Shown here one piece after another: positions 34,482 to 36,072 of a stretch of 36,072 nt of DNA. The first letter of the stretch is position 1. Each line of letters starts with the position of its first letter. This DNA is from Akkermansia muciniphila. GTDB lineage: Bacteria > Verrucomicrobiota > Verrucomicrobiia > Limisphaerales > UBA9464. The stretch covers positions 1 to 36,072 of the forward strand of contig CAMATE010000002.1 of NCBI GenBank assembly GCA_945861075.1. Reading direction: 5' to 3'. A program made the translations under genes and the position numbers. The notes beneath the pieces were generated by a model. That model saw only the letters and a list, made by a program, of their open reading frames with translations, did not search any database and had not been told where the DNA came from.

Positions 34482-35471
34482 TCAGGCCGAAGCCTTGAGG
34501 GATTTGCGGACCTCATTGAGGACCCGCCTCTGAACCCCCAAGGGCCGCCCCTCGATGCGAGCACCCGCCGCCGCCTTGTGTCCGCCACCACCGAATCGTT
34601 GGGCAATGGCAGCCACATCGACGCGGGCCGACTTGGAACGCCAACTCACCCGGGTCACTTCGTCGCTCACTTCCTCGAAGACCATGGCCACCACCACGCC
34701 ATCGATGGCCCGGATATGATCAATGAGACCTTCGCTTTCTTCGGTGGACGCTCCAGCGCGGGCGTAATCCCGCTTTTTGAGCCAGAAGTAGGCCGTCTGA
34801 CCGCCATCCGAAAGCCGGAATTGTGTGTAGACGTGACGCAAGAGGCGAACCCGTGTCATGGGGTAGCTCTGGTAGACCTCCTGACAAATGCGACCCAAAC
34901 CTGCTCCGCGTTCCACCAACTCGGCGGCTGTGCGAAGGGTGTCCGGAGTGGTGCTGGGGTACTGGAAGCTGCCCGTATCGGTGCTGACCGCGGTGAACAG
35001 ACAATCAGCCATCGGCTGCGTCACCTTCCAACCGGCCCACTTGCAGAGGTCGAAGATCAATTCGCCGGTGCTCGGTTCCCGCGGGGAAACCCAATTGAGC
35101 TTGCCGTAGCGGGTGTTGGAGGCGTGGTGGTCGATGTTGACCAACGTGACATCCTCCGCGAGGAAATCAGTGATCCGGCCCATGCGATCGAGAGCCGCAC
35201 AGTCGGTGGCGATCACCAGATCAAATTGACGGCCCGCACAGGGCTTACGGACCCGCTTGTCCGGATCGAGAAAACGAAGCTTGTCGGGAACCGGATCCTG
35301 ATTCCAAACCGTGACCTCTTTGCCAGCCCCTTCCAGCGCCATGGCCAACCCCACCTGACTGCCGATGCAGTCGCCATCCGGCCGGATGTGACCGACCACG
35401 AGGATGGATTGCGCAGCATCAATGGCGGCCAGGATATTCTCCACCGCCTTGGGCATTTCAGAGGAAGGCAT
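34482..35471 (-). CDS. nrnA: DHH/DHHA1 family oligoribonuclease / pAp phosphatase
   Basis: VVGHIRPDGDCIGS, VIATDCA, NIDHHASN and the C-terminal FGGGGHKAAAG are the DHH and DHHA1 motifs. The rbfA-nrnA adjacency is known from other bacteria. Confidence 0.88.
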   Translation of the reverse strand: MPSSEMPKAVENILAAIDAAQSILVVGHIRPDGDCIGSQVGLAMALEGAGKEVTVWNQDPVPDKLRFLDPDKRVRKPCAGRQFDLVIATDCAALDRMGRITDFLAEDVTLVNIDHHASNTRYGKLNWVSPREPSTGELIFDLCKWAGWKVTQPMADCLFTAVSTDTGSFQYPSTTPDTLRTAAELVERGAGLGRICQEVYQSYPMTRVRLLRHVYTQFRLSDGGQTAYFWLKKRDYARAGASTEESEGLIDHIRAIDGVVVAMVFEEVSDEVTRVSWRSKSARVDVAAIAQRFGGGGHKAAAGARIEGRPLGVQRRVLNEVRKSLKASA

Positions 35472-35497
35472 GGCTCGGGGACAGGGTTTACCAAGGC

Positions 35498-35878
35498 TCA
35501 GGCACCGGGCTTCTGACCTTGATCAAGACTTTCGAGAATGGCCAACACCCGATTCCCCTTCTCGACGGACTCATCGAGCAAGAAGTTGAGGACCGGAGTC
35601 CACTTCATGCTCAACTGGGAGCCGAGCATCATCTGGATGTGCTTGGCGCGTTGGCCGAGCTTGTCAGAGGCTGCCGACCGCTGCTGGCGGTTGCCCACGA
35701 AGCCAACGAACACGGTGGCCGTCTTCAGATCAGGGGCAACCTTGACCTCATTGACCGACAGCAACCCCACTTCTTGGACATTCAGTTCACGTCGCAGCAA
35801 CTCGCTGACTTCCCGCTTCAGAAGCTCGGTGACACGCTGCAAACGCCGACTCGGGGCCGGTGGAACATGGGAGGGCAC
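35498..35878 (-). CDS. rbfA: Ribosome-binding factor A
   Basis: RRLQRVTELLKREVSELLRRELN...LSVNEVKVAPDLKTATVFV matches RbfA. GTG start 10 nt after the infB stop. Confidence 0.9.
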   Translation of the reverse strand: MPSHVPPAPSRRLQRVTELLKREVSELLRRELNVQEVGLLSVNEVKVAPDLKTATVFVGFVGNRQQRSAASDKLGQRAKHIQMMLGSQLSMKWTPVLNFLLDESVEKGNRVLAILESLDQGQKPGA

Positions 35879-35887
35879 GGCTTGCGA

Positions 35888-36072
35888 TTATTCGAGTTTG
35901 GCGGCGATCTTCTCCACCGAGTAGCACTCGATGAGGTCGCCCTCCTGATAGTCGTCGAAACCATCGAGGCGCACACCGCACTCCATGCCCGAGCGAACTT
36001 CGTTCACCTCGTCTTGGAAGCGCTTGAGGGTGAGCGAAACACCTTCGTACACCAGGTTACCCCGGCGACGCA
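35888..36072 (-). CDS. infB: Translation initiation factor IF-2, C-terminal 60 aa only (runs off the window end)
   Basis: Hand translation of the minus strand: RRRGNLVYEGVSLTLKRFQDEVNEVRSGMECGVRLDGFDDYQEGDLIECYSVEKIAAKLE*. This is the conserved IF-2 C-terminus (LKRFKDDV.EV..G.ECG....F.D...GD.IE.Y). Stop TAA at 35888-35890. Confidence 0.88.
   Translation of the reverse strand, partial: RRRGNLVYEGVSLTLKRFQDEVNEVRSGMECGVRLDGFDDYQEGDLIECYSVEKIAAKLE

Noticed and set aside
33652-35516. + strand ORFs 33652..34380 and 34578..35516 opposite truB and nrnA
   Set aside because: The minus-strand frames carry the TruB and DHH/DHHA1 signatures. The + frames are shadows.
1-36072. Mobile elements, prophage, tRNA/rRNA genes, defence-system hallmarks (nucleases, helicases, TIR/STAND/Cas-like proteins)
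   Set aside because: I read through all ORFs of 60 aa or more and the intergenic gaps. I found no integrase or transposase motifs, no terminal inverted repeats flanking a block, no cloverleaf-like tRNA candidates in the gaps, and no defence-type domains. Absence is judged by eye only.

Overview
This is a GC-rich, gene-dense chromosomal window. I call about 39 protein-coding genes. I recognise no rRNA, tRNA, CRISPR array, transposase or integrase. All family assignments come from reading motifs in the supplied or self-made translations, because no searches could be run. The gene content includes a DUF1080 protein, a sulfocyanin-like cupredoxin, a PQQ sugar dehydrogenase and many signal-peptide proteins. 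That content, the weak Shine-Dalgarno signals, the GTG starts and the frequent ATGA/TGATG gene overlaps fit a Verrucomicrobiota/Planctomycetota-like genome (inference only). Layout: 1-3109 on the minus strand holds a SirB1-like gene, a glcD-family oxidase, DedA and a DUF485-like gene. 3272-18831 on the plus strand holds an S15 peptidase, an OFA-type MFS transporter plus an untracked 57-aa small subunit, a PQQ sugar dehydrogenase, a strong terminator, cupredoxin-ribF, DUF1080, a tandem-repeat array, a long coiled-coil protein, ubiE, aroQ-accB-accC, a POT transporter, a GYF-domain membrane protein and DUF2752. 18845-22303 on the minus strand holds phoH, a DUF805-like/SRPBCC fusion, a DCC1-like oxidoreductase and a GbsR-like regulator. 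22597-25190 on the plus strand holds argA coupled to a GH clan-A-like TIM-barrel protein. 25140-36072 on the minus strand is one long co-directional array: infB(partial)-rbfA-nrnA-truB, an anchored SGNH/TPR protein, an untracked 50-aa DUF5989-like ORF, a NodU/CmcH carbamoyltransferase, an SxtJ-like membrane protein, a secreted beta-propeller, thyA, an SDR and an RluA-family synthase. The best candidate for an undescribed system is the tightly coupled SGNH/TPR - DUF5989(SxtK-like) - carbamoyltransferase(SxtI-like) - SxtJ-like (- beta-propeller) module at 27697-33677. It has no other saxitoxin genes around it, so its substrate is unknown. Second-tier items are the composite tandem-repeat array that ends 3 nt before the start of a 567-aa coiled-coil protein, a cupredoxin whose axial Met position reads His, the GbsR/DCC1/DUF805-SRPBCC operon, and argA translationally coupled to an uncharacterised glycosidase-like protein. 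Many long ORFs in the track are antisense shadows typical of high-GC DNA and were rejected.
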